A stretch of 64,000 nucleotides of DNA, taken from IMG/VR virus record IMGVR_UViG_3300042367_000228, positions 124,001 to 188,000 of that record; one strand, written 5' to 3'. A program made the translations under genes and the position numbers. Shown one piece after another: positions 20,959-31,497 of the stretch; within the stretch, counting starts at the first letter, position 1; the number at the start of each line of letters is the position of its first letter. The notes under the pieces are model-generated. The model made no database searches. It saw only the letters and a list, made by a program, of their open reading frames with translations, and had not been told where the DNA came from.

Positions 20959-21210
20959 TTATGCGCCTTGTTGTTCAGCTTGTTGTGCTTCAGCTTGTTT
21001 AGCAACAACAATTAAAAAGTTTTCTAATTTAGCATATGTCTGACCAACAGGTACTAATTCATTTGGTTTAAATGCACCTCTTGAAATTGCAATATCAAAA
21101 ATAGTTTTGATTGCATTTAAGTCATTAATAGTAAGATCATTCGATGCTGTTTCTTGAGCTGTTTCTTGTGCTACTTCGTCTTGTACTGCGTCTTGAGTTG
21201 TTTCTGTCAT
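20959..21210 (-). CDS. Small hypothetical protein
   Basis: 83 aa, GAGGA RBS, LTINDL..RGAFKPNEL..VG motif. Confidence 0.6.
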   Translation of the reverse strand: MTETTQDAVQDEVAQETAQETASNDLTINDLNAIKTIFDIAISRGAFKPNELVPVGQTYAKLENFLIVVAKQAEAQQAEQQGA

Positions 21211-21242
21211 GTGTTTTCCTCTATGGTTAGTAATATAATTAA

Positions 21243-21530
21243 TTATCTTAAATTAATTTCAGGGCAAGCAATTGTGAAAAAGCTAAGATCTTTTTCAGAT
21301 TCAAACCCAATAGTAATGTTATAGACAATGGAATTAGATGAATCTAATGAAATCCCCTTGTCTATGTAATATCGATTATTTAAATTTTTAGCAATCCAAC
21401 TGTCAATAGATCTGACTAATTCTGGATTAAATTTATTAATTTTGAAATACGTAAAGTGAGGGCAGGCAAAGCCCACCCTACGCATGTTAAAGTAATTTAA
21501 TGGATTCGGTTTTCCATTTTTTAGAGCCAT
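21243..21530 (-). CDS. Hypothetical protein
   Basis: 95 aa, start overlaps the stop of the VWA gene. Confidence 0.6.
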   Translation of the reverse strand: MALKNGKPNPLNYFNMRRVGFACPHFTYFKINKFNPELVRSIDSWIAKNLNNRYYIDKGISLDSSNSIVYNITIGFESEKDLSFFTIACPEINLR

Positions 21531-22711
21531 TATGCTGGCTCCTTAGCAAACTCATAGTAAGCAAACTCACCCCATGGTGGAACAATTGTATTATTGCCAT
21601 GTATGATAAACACTGTGTCGCAGTAAGCTTCATCACCCCAACTACCAAATGGGTAACCGTCAGTAAACATAATAAACTTTTTAGGTTGAATATCATGTTC
21701 TTTCATGTATTCCCAGTTAGCATCAAAGTCTGTGCCGCCACCTCCTTTTGGCTGATACTGGTCAAACTCTGTAATAGTGTAAGCATTGAAATCAGCTTCG
21801 TTATATACTTGTGTATCAAAGCACCACAGTTTAATATTAAACTCTTGATACTCTTGCATAATGCCTTTAATCTCACTTAAGAAATCTCTAGCTTGATCAT
21901 CGCCGATCGATCCTGACATATCAATAGCAACACAGATATCAATAGTTTCATCATAATTAGTACCTGGCAAAATAGCATTCATATGCCAGCCTTTTCTGTT
22001 AGGACGCATGAATGAAAAATCATTTTTAATAGTACTTTGAATTTGCTGACGTAAAATTTCACGCCAGTTCATTTTAGGTTCAGTAAGTTCTTTAATCATA
22101 CGCGCAACACTAGCCGGAGTATTACCAGCACCTGCAGCTTGTGCAGCAGCCATAGTAGCTTCGCGAATCTCGTCTCGAATCTTTTTCAATTCGTCTTTAG
22201 TATATTGCGGACGGCCACTGCCGTTAGGATTACTTTCCCAGTCAACGTGTTCATCTAACATTTCACCAATTTGAGAAAGTGACTGTTCGTCATGATCATC
22301 CATTAGCTTGTCATAAATCTCTTCAGAACCCATACCGTAATAGTTAGTGTCATGAAAGATTTTAATAACAGGCGGAACTTCGCCGATTTTATCACGAATT
22401 AATTGACCGTTTACATTGTAGTCACATGCAATGTTAAAGATTTTAGGATTACGACCATCTCTGCGTGACATGTGATCAAATACGTTGTGCAGGATCTCAT
22501 GGCCAATAACGAATTCAATTTGTTTTACAGTTAGTGGTTCAAAGAACTCGCGATTATAAAAGATAGAACGACCGTCAGTAGCAGCAGTTGGACACCAATC
22601 TGTACCGTCGACAATTTTTAAACGTGTAGCCATGTTGCCAAAGAATGGATGACGTAATAATAAGCCTACGCGAGCTACGATAATCTTGTCTACGATTGTA
22701 TCTAATGCCAT
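21530..22711 (-). CDS. Metallopeptidase-like + VWA domain protein (MoxR partner, DUF2201-like)
   Basis: TAATDG, HEILH zinc motif, DMSGS MIDAS, GGGTDF, FTDGY. GGAG RBS precedes the ATG at 22711. Confidence 0.85.
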   Translation of the reverse strand: MALDTIVDKIIVARVGLLLRHPFFGNMATRLKIVDGTDWCPTAATDGRSIFYNREFFEPLTVKQIEFVIGHEILHNVFDHMSRRDGRNPKIFNIACDYNVNGQLIRDKIGEVPPVIKIFHDTNYYGMGSEEIYDKLMDDHDEQSLSQIGEMLDEHVDWESNPNGSGRPQYTKDELKKIRDEIREATMAAAQAAGAGNTPASVARMIKELTEPKMNWREILRQQIQSTIKNDFSFMRPNRKGWHMNAILPGTNYDETIDICVAIDMSGSIGDDQARDFLSEIKGIMQEYQEFNIKLWCFDTQVYNEADFNAYTITEFDQYQPKGGGGTDFDANWEYMKEHDIQPKKFIMFTDGYPFGSWGDEAYCDTVFIIHGNNTIVPPWGEFAYYEFAKEPA

Positions 22712-22743
22712 AAAATACTCCTTAATTTTGTTAGTAAGTGTAA

Positions 22744-22772
22744 AGTATAACACCGCCTTGCGGCGGTGTCAA
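22744..22772 (-). promoter_or_regulatory. sigma70-type promoter overlapping a GC-rich hairpin
   Basis: TTGACA-17 nt-TATACT; the spacer contains ACACCGCC-GCAA-GGCGGTGT. Confidence 0.75.
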
Positions 22773-22783
22773 CTGCTTTGAAA

Positions 22784-23875
22784 TTACTGACCGCTAGCAG
22801 CAGTAATATATTTGCCATACTTAGCATGGAAATCGTCAAAACATTCAATTTCGTCTGGCTCTAAAGGTAATTTGTATTGGCACAATGCAAGTTTAGTACC
22901 CATAATTGCAATTTCTGTTTCAAAATTATTCATTAAAAACAGGAAGTAATTGTTAACTTGGTCATTCCAATTAGGTACTTTTTTACTAGCAGCCTCTTTT
23001 AACTCATAGCATAAACTAATTGTTAATGAGTACATTGCTGAAATCTCTTTAGTTTCACATTTTGTAATTTTGCCTTCAAGTACTGAGCGTGGATCAGGCA
23101 ATTTACTTGCAAACTGTCTGTGTGCCATAAACTTAATACCAAGTCCTTCGCCAATTGAACCTGCAACTAGATCGGACAATGTGTCAGAATCAACATCGTT
23201 ATCTGCAAGCAACTCACTTACAAAGCTCCACGAACGTGGCGTAGCAAATGCACGTGAACTCGATTTAGTATCAAATGTATACAAGTCCTGTTTGCTTGCT
23301 GTTAAGAAACCAACTACGTCTGGATGAATATTGTTTTCTGTAGCCCAGTCAAAATAATCATCCCATTCAACAGCCATTTCTAAATGCACAAATCTGTTAG
23401 CCAACGGGGCTGGCATACGATAAGTAACACCTTTGTCTGTTTCTCTGTTACCAGCAGCAACAATTACAACATTTTCTGGCAACTCATATTGACCAACACG
23501 ACGATTTAAAATAAGCTGATAAGCAGCAGCTTGAACACTAGGCGCAGCAGAATTCATCTCGTCTAAAAACAAAATGATGCTTTTGTGTTTTGCAGCAAAC
23601 GCTTTGCTAGGAAGTTCTGAAGGTGGAGCCCATACCATTGTTTGGTCTACTGAATCAAAGTATGGAATACCTTTAATATCTGTTGGCTCCCATAAACTTA
23701 ATCGCACGTCGATCACATGTGCAGTTAACTCACTACCTAATTGTTTAATAATATCAGATTTACCAATGCCTGGAGGACCCCAAATAAAGATTGGACGTTT
23801 GCTGTTAAACGCTTTACGTAAGCATTTTTTAGCGTTTTTAGGACCGACTGTACGTGAAGTGATTTCGTTGCTCAT
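22784..23875 (-). CDS. MoxR-type AAA+ ATPase
   Basis: Walker A GPPGIGKS, Walker B LFLDE, AAGNR, PLANRF; adjacent to a VWA gene. Confidence 0.88.
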   Translation of the reverse strand: MSNEITSRTVGPKNAKKCLRKAFNSKRPIFIWGPPGIGKSDIIKQLGSELTAHVIDVRLSLWEPTDIKGIPYFDSVDQTMVWAPPSELPSKAFAAKHKSIILFLDEMNSAAPSVQAAAYQLILNRRVGQYELPENVVIVAAGNRETDKGVTYRMPAPLANRFVHLEMAVEWDDYFDWATENNIHPDVVGFLTASKQDLYTFDTKSSSRAFATPRSWSFVSELLADNDVDSDTLSDLVAGSIGEGLGIKFMAHRQFASKLPDPRSVLEGKITKCETKEISAMYSLTISLCYELKEAASKKVPNWNDQVNNYFLFLMNNFETEIAIMGTKLALCQYKLPLEPDEIECFDDFHAKYGKYITAASGQ

Positions 23876-23969
23876 AGTGTAATTCCTCATAGTGAGTTAA
23901 AAAAATAAAGTTAAATATAATAAGTAAGCAGTGCGTAAGTTGTTGCGTTGCTAACTAACTATGCTGCAT

Positions 23970-23997
23970 ATTATACAGTATTTTTAACAAACGTCAA
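23970..23997 (-). promoter_or_regulatory. sigma70-type promoter
   Basis: TTGACG-16-TATAAT upstream of the MoxR gene. Confidence 0.6.
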
Positions 23998-24004
23998 GAA
24001 CTTT

Positions 24005-24394
24005 TTACAAGTTGTTTTGCCGTTCTCGCATTGCTTTAGATAATCCATATCTCCGTATGTCATCTGAAAAGAAATACAATTCAACACATTTGCGTTCGTT
24101 GAATACTGTTATGCTTTTATAAGTTAAGTAATAAGGGCAGTCAATATATCTTTCTAAAAAAATGATTGTTTGCGGACTGAGTTCTATTGTATCTGTAAAT
24201 GGAATTTCGTATGCTTTGAGGTCTAATGTTTTAGTTAGAAATTCAAATCCGTCGTCAGATAATCTTAATGCAGCAGGTTTTTCTGATCGAACTGATTGCC
24301 ACCATTTACGAGAAAATAATTTCACGTTAGTGTCATCTGAACTCTTACCCCACTGCTCTAAGAAGATTTTTGTTAATGCAGCTTGCGTGATCAT
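24005..24394 (-). CDS. Hypothetical protein
   Basis: 129 aa, operonic overlap with upstream gene. Confidence 0.6.
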   Translation of the reverse strand: MITQAALTKIFLEQWGKSSDDTNVKLFSRKWWQSVRSEKPAALRLSDDGFEFLTKTLDLKAYEIPFTDTIELSPQTIIFLERYIDCPYYLTYKSITVFNERKCVELYFFSDDIRRYGLSKAMRERQNNL

Positions 24395-24666
24395 CGTACT
24401 ATAACCCCTTTAAATAGCTTTAGTACAGCGAAGTCGCTACAATTAAATGTAGTGTTTAGCTTTTTAGCTAAGTTGTGTGCATGCCCTTCATTTGAGAAGC
24501 TGGTCTTTTTGTACTTGTAACTATTGTTGCTAGATATATTTTTTAAATTAATCGGTTCATTACGATAGTATACAGCCCATATTGCATCAGCTTCTAAAAT
24601 TTGGTCTATTTGATTTGTATTTGGATCAGTGTATTCTAAAAGTATACGTGGTTTAGGTCTCGACAT
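24391..24666 (-). CDS. Hypothetical protein
   Basis: 91 aa MSRPKP..., GGAGG RBS, TAAATA motif upstream. Confidence 0.65.
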   Translation of the reverse strand: MSRPKPRILLEYTDPNTNQIDQILEADAIWAVYYRNEPINLKNISSNNSYKYKKTSFSNEGHAHNLAKKLNTTFNCSDFAVLKLFKGVIVR

Positions 24667-24697
24667 GAGGTCCTCCTATTAACTACGTATATTTATC

Positions 24698-24946
24698 CTA
24701 TTTTTCTTCACTAAAGAAACCGCCATCGAGATTAACAGTAATAACTTCGCTGCTTTGTTGTTGCTTTAACGCTTCTAATAATTCACCGTAGTCACGATTA
24801 ATTTGATCTAAAAGTTCAGTTAGTGCTAAATTAAGTAATCTAGCTTGTTGAATTGGCATTTTTACTTCTTTTTGTTGAGATAACTCAGTTGCACGCAACA
24901 ACTGAGCAAACTGTGTAATAGGACTTGTATTAATCGTTTTTTGCAT
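24698..24946 (-). CDS. Hypothetical protein
   Basis: 82 aa ending in LDGGFF; operonic. Confidence 0.55.
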   Translation of the reverse strand: MQKTINTSPITQFAQLLRATELSQQKEVKMPIQQARLLNLALTELLDQINRDYGELLEALKQQQSSEVITVNLDGGFFSEEK

Positions 24947-25412
24947 TTGCTAATACCATTTTCATTTCAATTTCTGTTTTAAAAGGACCTTTATGGTCGT
25001 TGCGTTCTATAGTAATTGCCTTAGGACAAAAGCTCTTAACCCAGCCTTTTTCAAATTTAATTACATAATAACCAGCACAATACAAACTTTTACTTTGATC
25101 GCTCTTGGTAAATAACGGTAATTTACGTTTAACATCGTATACTGAATTATATGGTTTACAGCTAGTTGGAAACCCATAACATTCATTAGTATCAACTGAT
25201 GATACTTTTACATTGTTGTTAGATAAAAAGAATCCTGATCCAAATTGCTTAGTAAGTTCTTCTTTTTTGTTAAACATTACTTCGTTGTTATTGCTACTTA
25301 GTACATACTTATTTTCTTTTTTATGTAAAGTAGCAATTTTTAAACCGTCTTGTTCTACAATCCAAAATTTACCATCTACGATCGGTTTTGCATGTAGTTC
25401 GATTTCTACCAT
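24930..25412 (-). CDS. Hypothetical protein
   Basis: 160 aa with KFWIVE and PLFTKS..SKSLYCAGYY..SFCPK motifs. Confidence 0.6.
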   Translation of the reverse strand: MVEIELHAKPIVDGKFWIVEQDGLKIATLHKKENKYVLSSNNNEVMFNKKEELTKQFGSGFFLSNNNVKVSSVDTNECYGFPTSCKPYNSVYDVKRKLPLFTKSDQSKSLYCAGYYVIKFEKGWVKSFCPKAITIERNDHKGPFKTEIEMKMVLANAKND

Positions 25413-25606
25413 GTATCTACACCTGATATTTCAATTGTTTGAGTAGTAGCAACCTCATTTACTATGTACGGAAACGAAATTTCTAGCAAGTATCCAATAC
25501 CACTAGATCCGTCATACCCTACTTCTATTTTTTCTACATCTGGAAATTTTTCTAAAACTTCTAAAATTTCAAGTAATTCTTCTTTAAGTAATGTAATTTT
25601 TTTCAT
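25406..25606 (-). CDS. Small hypothetical protein
   Basis: Likely start is MKKITLLKEEL at 25606, just after the rnh stop. Confidence 0.55.
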   Translation of the reverse strand: MKKITLLKEELLEILEVLEKFPDVEKIEVGYDGSSGIGYLLEISFPYIVNEVATTQTIEISGVDTW

Positions 25607-25607
25607 A

Positions 25608-26594
25608 TTATTGTTTTGAATAGTTAGCTTGGAAAGGGATGCAATACTGTTGTATGCTATCGACAATGCGTTTCATTTCGTATGATTGACAAAATTTCAT
25701 CATTCGGACACCCACTTGTGATATCTCTTTTGGTTTAGCATTTTCGGTAATAGTATCCTCAATTATTTTACGAATGTCTTCTGGTTGTTGTGTTAAATCA
25801 ATCAATGTTCTGTTACGTTCGTAATCGTCCATTACACGATGTTCTACGCCGTTGTGATCAGTCCATCTTTGTAATAAAAAGTTATTCCACGAATATCCTT
25901 TAGTATTACGATCTTCAAATGCTTCAGTTAATCCTACTTTTTTCGAAGTGCCTTTTGTTCTAGCACCTGGATATGCTGAAAATACATTATCGCTAGTATC
26001 ACCACGTATACACTTTTCAAACAACATCCACTCTGGATCAAATGGTTGTTTGTTTTCACCTGTCTTTTTATCTTTAATAGGTTTGCCTTTAGCATCAAAG
26101 TACCCTTCGTGTGTAATGTGATGATCAGCAACACCGTTATACTGACTAACAGTAGGACTAATTAATTGTTGAAAGTCAGTATCTGTACTAAAAATGATAT
26201 GTTTATCATTTGGGTGCATTTGAATAAATCCGGCAATTAAATCATCTGCTTCTAGTCGCGGATGTTGTAATACAGTACAATTAGTTTTATCACGTACAAA
26301 TTCGCAAAACTCGTTAAATGCCTCCCAAAATATTTTATCTTCTTCTTGCTCTTTAACAGTCATTGCTGCACGAGTTTCTGCACGATTAGCTTTGTATGGC
26401 TTGTAAAAATCTTTACGCCAACTACGCCCTTCTAAACAAAATACTACGTGATGTCCGTCAAAATCATTCCATGTTTTCTTAATACCATTAAACATAATAT
26501 GTAATGCCATACCGAGCTTAATATCGTCACTTCCTTTTACAGAATGACGCGCTCTAGAAAACAAGTTTGCTGTATCTACTTCAATAAATGCCAT
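25608..26594 (-). CDS. rnh: T4 RNase H-like 5'-3' exonuclease (FEN family)
   Basis: VDTANLF, SWRKDFY..YKANR, LEADDLIA, STDTDF.QL, GDTSDNV. Confidence 0.88.
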   Translation of the reverse strand: MAFIEVDTANLFSRARHSVKGSDDIKLGMALHIMFNGIKKTWNDFDGHHVVFCLEGRSWRKDFYKPYKANRAETRAAMTVKEQEEDKIFWEAFNEFCEFVRDKTNCTVLQHPRLEADDLIAGFIQMHPNDKHIIFSTDTDFQQLISPTVSQYNGVADHHITHEGYFDAKGKPIKDKKTGENKQPFDPEWMLFEKCIRGDTSDNVFSAYPGARTKGTSKKVGLTEAFEDRNTKGYSWNNFLLQRWTDHNGVEHRVMDDYERNRTLIDLTQQPEDIRKIIEDTITENAKPKEISQVGVRMMKFCQSYEMKRIVDSIQQYCIPFQANYSKQ

Positions 26595-26603
26595 GTTACC
26601 TCT

Positions 26604-27041
26604 CTATAGTTTGTTAACTTTAAGGATTCCAAAATCTTGATCTGTAATATCAATACCTTCCGCTGCTGCAGCATTGTAACAGATATCTCTATACCAACGA
26701 CCTACAATTTCATCTTCTGGATCACCATCAAAACCGTACCCTTCTTGTTTTAATTTTTCAATCCAGTAATCATTCCAATCGATTTCAAAGAATCCGTTTC
26801 TGACATTGTCTGGATTAACTCTAAAACCGATTACATCTACCCATGGTTCTTGTTTTAGTGTTGCTTTTTCTTTTTCAGTTAACGGTGCTTTCTCGACAGC
26901 AACTTTAGCTTTTGGTTTAGCTTTAGTTTTTGGTTTAGCTTTTAACTGTTGTTTAGCTTTAATTGCCGCTTGTACTTCTTGTTGGTGTTTTAATTGTGGA
27001 TTTTCGCCACTAAACACTTTTTTTATAAAATTTCCAAACAT
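26604..27041 (-). CDS. Hypothetical protein
   Basis: 145 aa with KEKAT..EPWV...NGFFEIDWN; overlaps the queE stop. Confidence 0.6.
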   Translation of the reverse strand: MFGNFIKKVFSGENPQLKHQQEVQAAIKAKQQLKAKPKTKAKPKAKVAVEKAPLTEKEKATLKQEPWVDVIGFRVNPDNVRNGFFEIDWNDYWIEKLKQEGYGFDGDPEDEIVGRWYRDICYNAAAAEGIDITDQDFGILKVNKL

Positions 27042-27883
27042 TATGTTCCCCAGTTGTTGCCGAAGAGAGGGAGGTGAAGTCTATCACTATATCTCAATCC
27101 GTGTTGTAATGCAAGTTCAGCTACACGCTGATTATTAAGATTGTATACTTCAGTTACTCCGCCTACTGGCATTAAGTAAATTTCACCTTTAAATCCTTTA
27201 TCTTTGTATAACTGCATTACTTCGAGTGCTTCAGTAACATCATCTTCAGACGCTACTACAAACTTTAAATATGACCCATGCCCTGAAAATTGATATTCGG
27301 TTACAATTTCAGGACGTATCGCTTTTTCTCTAGGCTCACCACTTACACTTAGTTTAGGACTAATTGAAAACGTAGTTTGATACCGACGTTCTTGATATAA
27401 GTAATCTTCAAACGTGTTTAATAGTTCTTGTGTACCATTAGTTTCAAATGTAATGTTTTTTAAGTCTGCAAGTTTAGGATGTCTTAGTAATTCTGGATAT
27501 ATTTGTTGCCAACCTGGTAATAATGGTTCGCCGCCTGTAATTACTAAGTGTACTCCACCCCATTCACCGTTAGGTAACAGCGCAATCATTCTGTCTACAA
27601 TTTCATCAGTAGACATAGCTGGACTTAAATGCTTAAACTGCGGATATATCGCAGCATATGAGTCACAACCAGTAGTTACTAATGGAAGTAAATTATAGCT
27701 TGTATATAATGATGCAGATTTTGCAAGATCCAAAGCTTCCGTACTTAATTCACCGTTTTGCATTCCAAAACCTCTACAGCGAAAATTGCAACCAAATGTT
27801 CGTAAAAAAATTGACGGTACTCCCATAAATCGCCCTTCGCCTTGCAGTGAGTAAAATATCTCGCTTATTTTAATGTGTGACAT
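27041..27883 (-). CDS. queE: 7-carboxy-7-deazaguanine synthase (radical SAM)
   Basis: EIFYSLQGEG..GVPSIFLRT.GCNFRC..(insertion)..GCDS, VITGGEPLL, ETNGT, SPKL, RLH. Confidence 0.9.
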   Translation of the reverse strand: MSHIKISEIFYSLQGEGRFMGVPSIFLRTFGCNFRCRGFGMQNGELSTEALDLAKSASLYTSYNLLPLVTTGCDSYAAIYPQFKHLSPAMSTDEIVDRMIALLPNGEWGGVHLVITGGEPLLPGWQQIYPELLRHPKLADLKNITFETNGTQELLNTFEDYLYQERRYQTTFSISPKLSVSGEPREKAIRPEIVTEYQFSGHGSYLKFVVASEDDVTEALEVMQLYKDKGFKGEIYLMPVGGVTEVYNLNNQRVAELALQHGLRYSDRLHLPLFGNNWGT

Positions 27884-28671
27884 GTATTATCCTTGATTAA
27901 TTTAGTTATACCAAATTCTTTAAAAGATTTTCCAACAAACGTTGAAAACTCATTATGAATTGACGCAAATTTATGTGTTATAATAACATCATTATTAATA
28001 ATAGTCAATGTATTTTTAGTAAATGTTGGATAAACTGTTAGTAGTTCTTTACTAGTGTTACAAAATCCTTTAGGTGTACAGTAAGAGTATTTAGATGCAG
28101 TTTGGCTTCTAACTATAGATTGTTGACAAACTATGCGTGGTCGTTTACTAGCTTCTCTTTTTTTGTTAACAGTTGCTATACTGTCTTTTCTACCCTTTGC
28201 TAATGCAACATATATAATACCGTTATATTTGTCAAAAAGTTCTTTAGGAATTCGTTTAATTTCTAAAGTATTCAAATTTTTTGCAACCACTGTGCCTTTA
28301 CTATAATTACTTACAACCTTTGCATGCGATTCTCTAAGGTATGCATACACTCTATTGGTTATTTTATAAGATCGGCATACATCACCAGTTTTAGAATACA
28401 CCATTAAGTGTAATGCTTTAATCATTTTAGGACTATTTGTGCCTTTTGCTAATAATAAATGTGCTATATAATGATGCCTTGCACTTAACGTAATTAAGTT
28501 GTTAATATTATCTAATCCGCCAAATGACTTAGGAACGATATGATGAGTTTCGGTGTATTTGTCATTAAGTACTAAGGTTTTACAATGCTCAATAAATGTT
28601 ACATAGCGGGTTATATTATGATTGTTTGGATTTAAAGAATGTTTTAAAATATGTTGTTTATAGTCAGTCAC
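27865..28671 (-). mobile_element. Free-standing HNH homing endonuclease
   Basis: ETHHIVPKSFGG.D...NLITLSARHHYIAHLLL; basic C-terminus; overlaps the queE start. Confidence 0.8.
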
Positions 28672-28681
28672 CTGTTATTCC

Positions 28682-28921
28682 TTAAACATTGTTTAATCCG
28701 ATTCTAGCATATCCTAGTGACGCGTTAAGTTCACGACGACCTTCACGGTTGTCTACCTTGTTCTCTAAGATAATAAGATTATGTTGTAATTTTTGAAGAT
28801 ATAGCTTACCATTGCGTTCCAATCTGTCAGCCGGATAGTTTTTAATTCTGTCCATATACCGCTCAATCTCGTCTTTTTTGAGCTGGATTCTATGCTCAAG
28901 ATTCTCTTTAGTTTTTTTCAT
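28682..28921 (-). CDS. Hypothetical coiled-coil protein
   Basis: 79 aa, operonic. Confidence 0.5.
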   Translation of the reverse strand: MKKTKENLEHRIQLKKDEIERYMDRIKNYPADRLERNGKLYLQKLQHNLIILENKVDNREGRRELNASLGYARIGLNNV

Positions 28922-29357
28922 TGTAAGCCTCTTTATGAAATTCTTGACAATCGTTAACTGCAGACTTCAATGCTTCTGCATAGTTTAATGTTTGTTGCTC
29001 GGACATTATAGTAGACTGCTGATATTTAAGATAACCATTAAACCACAAATTCCATGTCATTTTAATACGATGCTGAAACCCGTTAAGAAAGCTCAATGTT
29101 TCGTATGCAATACTGCTTAAAAACGAATTTTTAATTTTGTATGTGTTTGAAACATCAAATGGTCTATCCCAGTACGCAGTTTTTTGCGTTGTAAATGTAG
29201 TTACAGTAATCATATTAAGGTCATCTGCCTCGACCATAAACTCAATATTGTCATCGTCGTTGCCGCATGTGCATTGAATTTTATACATTTTACTGTTACC
29301 CCAGTCACTTGTTTTCATAATGCCTACTGCTGGAATTTGTGGTTTTAAGTCTTTCAT
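28908..29357 (-). CDS. Hypothetical protein (CxC motif)
   Basis: 149 aa with DWGNSKMY..QCTCG; AGGAG RBS. Confidence 0.6.
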   Translation of the reverse strand: MKDLKPQIPAVGIMKTSDWGNSKMYKIQCTCGNDDDNIEFMVEADDLNMITVTTFTTQKTAYWDRPFDVSNTYKIKNSFLSSIAYETLSFLNGFQHRIKMTWNLWFNGYLKYQQSTIMSEQQTLNYAEALKSAVNDCQEFHKEAYNEKN

Positions 29358-29365
29358 AACTCTCC

Positions 29366-30043
29366 TTATTTGTTTACAATACTCATAAATTCTGCACGAG
29401 TAGTTGGATCGTTTTTAAATGCACCACCTAACTTACTAGTAACAGTAGAACTGCCAGTATCTTCTACACCTCTTGCAGCAACACAATAATGTTTTGCATC
29501 AATAACTACTGCAATATTATCAGTGCCTAATATGTATTCTAATGCATGGAATACTTGTTCGGTTAATCTTTCTTGTACTTGCGGACGTTTTGCAAAGTAT
29601 TCAACTACACGATTAATTTTGCTTAGTCCAAGTACAACCTCGTTTGGAATATAACCAACTGTTGCAAAGCCGTCAATTACAACTCCGTGATGTTCACAAT
29701 TACTTTGTATGTTTACATTTCTTTCCACAACAATTTCATTGTAGCCCATTTTGTTTTTAATAGTAGTACACTTTGGAAAGTTTTCTTCTTTAAGTCCAAA
29801 ATATATTTCATTTGTGTACATTTTAGCCATTCGATTTGGTGTTTCTGCTAAACTATCATCTGTTAAGTCCATTCCTAATGTTGACCATATTGTTGTAAAT
29901 GCGTTTTCAATAATGTCAATTTTTGTTTTATTATCAACTACTAGGGCTGTATTATTAATCGGAGTTTCGACTCCTTTACTAATTAAATATTCTCTTACTC
30001 GTTTACCTAACGCTGGATCTGTTTTAGTTTTATCAAAGCTCAT
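29366..30043 (-). CDS. folE: GTP cyclohydrolase I
   Basis: ETPNRMAKMY, SNCEHH, GLSKINR, RPQVQERLT, HYCVAARGV. Confidence 0.95.
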   Translation of the reverse strand: MSFDKTKTDPALGKRVREYLISKGVETPINNTALVVDNKTKIDIIENAFTTIWSTLGMDLTDDSLAETPNRMAKMYTNEIYFGLKEENFPKCTTIKNKMGYNEIVVERNVNIQSNCEHHGVVIDGFATVGYIPNEVVLGLSKINRVVEYFAKRPQVQERLTEQVFHALEYILGTDNIAVVIDAKHYCVAARGVEDTGSSTVTSKLGGAFKNDPTTRAEFMSIVNK

Positions 30044-30057
30044 TATTTTAATTCCTG

Positions 30058-30918
30058 TTATATTTGTTTGTGATTTTTAAAAGTAGGTTTATCATGTTTC
30101 CAAATTAATCCAATTTGATAGCATTGTGTAGGATTATCGCTAATATCTTGATTAGTTCGGTATTTTCCTTTAAGTTCACCTTCAAAAATTATTCTCTGTT
30201 TAGAAGGTTTATTTAATCTACCATATGTAATATTATAATTGTTTTCTAAGTAAAAGTCAACATCTTTTTTAGATAAAAAATATTCAACATTGTTAATTAT
30301 ACACCATTTATACCCTTTAGTTGCAGATCTACCATACATGCCATTATTAGTACCTACTCTTGCCATAGTAGTGTTAGCACCAATTCTTGTTTTAATACCG
30401 GTTGTAACAATAATATCATGATGACTATTAGCCTCTTGTAAATCTAATAATTTAGATTTCTTAATAATAGTATGTTCTTTGATGTTAGTATTGTATACTG
30501 TAAATGTGTCTGTTCTTAGCCCAATGTGCGGTTGTAAGTTACGAACAGGGTTACTCCTTGCAGTTTGATGGGACACCCACCCTCTCTCACGAATATTTGT
30601 TATTTTATAGTTTCTAAATTCTAAAATTAATTTAGTCTCTAATTCTACTGCATCTTCTTCAGATAGATTAGTGGCTACTTTAAAAATTATTGGTAATAAC
30701 TGCAATCTAGTTAATTCTCTAATTGTGTTTAATTTATGTGAATTTTTATATTTTCGTGTAGGCCGTGCTTCTTTAAGATGATCAAATAATCGATTATTTT
30801 TACCGTAACCTACATAAAATGGTTTAAATAACAGTGAACAAAATGTAGAAACATATTGACCTGGTGTTCTTGGATCTAAGTATACATAGACATAGTATAT
30901 ATTGTTATTAGATGACAT
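30058..30918 (-). mobile_element. Free-standing GIY-YIG endonuclease with NUMOD3-like motif
   Basis: YYVYVYLDPR...PFYVGYG...R..H, ELETKLI, GTNNGMYGR. AAGGA RBS precedes the ATG at 30918. Confidence 0.78.
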
Positions 30919-30995
30919 ATAAGATTCCTTACTCCTTACATAATTGATTTTTAAAATGGGCATTCCTATCATGATTGCCCATTGTTATTTATTAG

Positions 30996-31157
30996 TTAAG
31001 AGTTCTTTGTCAATGTTTTTAAGTCGTCTTCTAAGTATTCTAGATATTGTGACAAACCTAACAGCATACGTTGATTGTTTGAATCGCTATGTTTAGCAAT
31101 ATCACGTTTTACTTGTGCAATTTTTTCTTGTAATTCTTCTTTAGTTAAATCTGTCAT
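30996..31157 (-). CDS. Small coiled-coil protein (53 aa; not in the ORF track)
   Basis: MTDLTKEELQEKIAQVKRDIAKH...LEYLEDDLKTLTKNS*, with a GGAGG RBS. Confidence 0.6.
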   Translation of the reverse strand: MTDLTKEELQEKIAQVKRDIAKHSDSNNQRMLLGLSQYLEYLEDDLKTLTKNS

Positions 31158-31497
31158 TTTTTACCTCCGATCTTGCTATTTCTAAAAACATTTGATATTT
31201 TTCGTATGCTGCTTTAACAGTTGGATTAGAATCTCTAACATACATATCTTCATAATATTTTTTATTCCAGTCTTCGCACTTTTCAGCTTTGTCAATTAAC
31301 TTTATAAAATCGTTCTCGTGTATTTTAACAGTTAATGACCGTGTAACGTTTGCTCTTTCGCTTGGTAGGTTTGATCTTGACCAATCTAACGAATAGTTAT
31401 CACCTGCAGCATAAAATTGTTCAACGTCTATGCTTCGTATACCGTGTTTCTTAGCTATTGAATGTAGTTCCATTATTTCTTCCAGTAGTTTTCCCAT
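31141..31497 (-). CDS. Hypothetical protein
   Basis: 118 aa ending in NPTVKAAYEKYQMFL. Confidence 0.55.
   Translation of the reverse strand: MGKLLEEIMELHSIAKKHGIRSIDVEQFYAAGDNYSLDWSRSNLPSERANVTRSLTVKIHENDFIKLIDKAEKCEDWNKKYYEDMYVRDSNPTVKAAYEKYQMFLEIARSEVKNDRFN

Noticed and set aside
22748-22769. Resemblance of TAACACCGCC to lambda operator half-sites
   Set aside because: It is a single occurrence, with no repressor or lysogeny genes; the hairpin plus promoter explains it.
23876-23969. Long MoxR leader as a tRNA or riboswitch
   Set aside because: I could not fold a cloverleaf or a known aptamer; it contains only short direct repeats (CTCATAGTG twice).
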